From: an uncultured Clavibacter sp.
GTDB taxonomy: Bacteria; Actinomycetota; Actinomycetes; Nanopelagicales; Nanopelagicaceae
DNA: 60,378 nt
Direction of reading: 5' to 3'
Assembly (NCBI GenBank): GCA_964500885.1
Contig: CAZCQR010000001.1
Coordinates: 1 to 60,378 of the forward strand
The notes under the pieces were generated by a model. The model saw nothing but the letters and a program-made list of their open reading frames with translations. It searched no databases and was not told where the DNA came from. The position numbers were made by a program, and so were the translations under genes. The first letter of the stretch is position 1; the number at the start of each line of letters is the position of its first letter. Positions 60,153-60,378 of the stretch are shown here, in pieces.

Positions 60153-60174
60153 CTTGAGAACTCAACAGCGTGCC
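60153..60174 (+). promoter_or_regulatory. Conserved actinobacterial rRNA leader motif CTTGAGAACTCAACAGCGTGCC
   Basis: Near-identical strings (TTTGAGAACTCAA[C/T]AG[C/T]GTG) occur in Streptomyces and Mycobacterium rrn leaders (from memory). Confidence 0.5.
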
Positions 60175-60282
60175 ATAAGTCAATGCCAATTACCTCGATG
60201 AGGTATGGCTTAATTGCCATGCCCGTCGAATCCTTTGTAAAAAATCAATTGGTCAAAGACATTAAATAACGACAGTTGTTTA

Positions 60283-60294
60283 TGTTCTTTTGCC
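60283..60294 (+). promoter_or_regulatory. BoxA-like antitermination element TGTTCTTTTGCC in the rRNA leader
   Basis: Resembles the boxA core TG(C/T)TCTTT and lies about 30 nt upstream of 16S. Confidence 0.35.
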
Positions 60295-60320
60295 GGAATC
60301 AACGTCTCGTTGAATCAATT

Positions 60321-60378
60321 TCAATGGAGAGTTTGATCCTGGCTCAGGACGAACGCTGGCGGCGTGCTTAACACATGC
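60321..60378 (+). rRNA. rrs: 16S rRNA, 5' end (truncated by the window edge)
   Basis: Contains AGAGTTTGATCCTGGCTCAGGACGAACGCTGGCGGCGTGCTTAACACATGC, the universal 27F site followed by an actinobacterial-type helix 1-3 sequence. The exact 5' end is uncertain to about +/-5 nt. Confidence 0.95.

Overview
This window is a densely packed, entirely housekeeping stretch of what looks like a genome-streamlined actinobacterium. The evidence for the lineage is the 16S 5' end at the right edge, the presence of WhiA, RbpA, PdtaR, a PriA-type isomerase and a SufR-suf operon, and the overall gene order. The DNA looks AT-richer than classical Actinobacteria, which suggests a freshwater acI/Nanopelagicales-like lineage; this is inference and GC was not computed. 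I count about 57 protein genes, one tRNA and the start of an rRNA operon. Gene order: rluD(fragment)-dnaE | priA-like-trpE-trpC-trpB-trpA-dsbA-like-lgt | VIT1 | pyk | tRNA(CAA)-pdtaR | thioesterase(-) | polA | rpsA | coaE-uvrB-uvrA-uvrC-rapZ-yvcK-whiA | gap-pgk-tpiA-secG-rbpA | (-)ctaA-tkt-tal-pgi | sufR-sufB-sufD-Rieske-sufC-sufS-sufU-DUF59 | ABC exporter | (-)DUF3099-SURF1 | infC-rpmI-rplT-trmH | pheS-pheT | argC-J-B-D-R-argH-tyrS | rRNA leader and 16S. I found no mobile elements, CRISPR, prophage, defence or secondary-metabolite genes, no pseudogenes and no unexplained multi-gene block, so I do not claim a new system here. Six observations deserve a second look. (1) An orphan HisA/PriA-type isomerase sits at the head of the trp operon with the ProFAR-stacking Trp apparently replaced. 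(2) A 73-nt tRNA carries a CAA (Leu) anticodon but only a 5-nt variable loop. (3) That tRNA ends 1 nt before the pdtaR start codon. (4) A TAnnnT hexamer lies 6-8 nt upstream of the start codon at most transcription-unit heads, implying widespread leaderless expression. (5) Operator-like sites are recognisable for ArgR and SufR. (6) infC probably starts at AUC. The window also appears to be a deletion-collapsed version of the conserved actinobacterial core, which places uvrB, uvrA and uvrC side by side.
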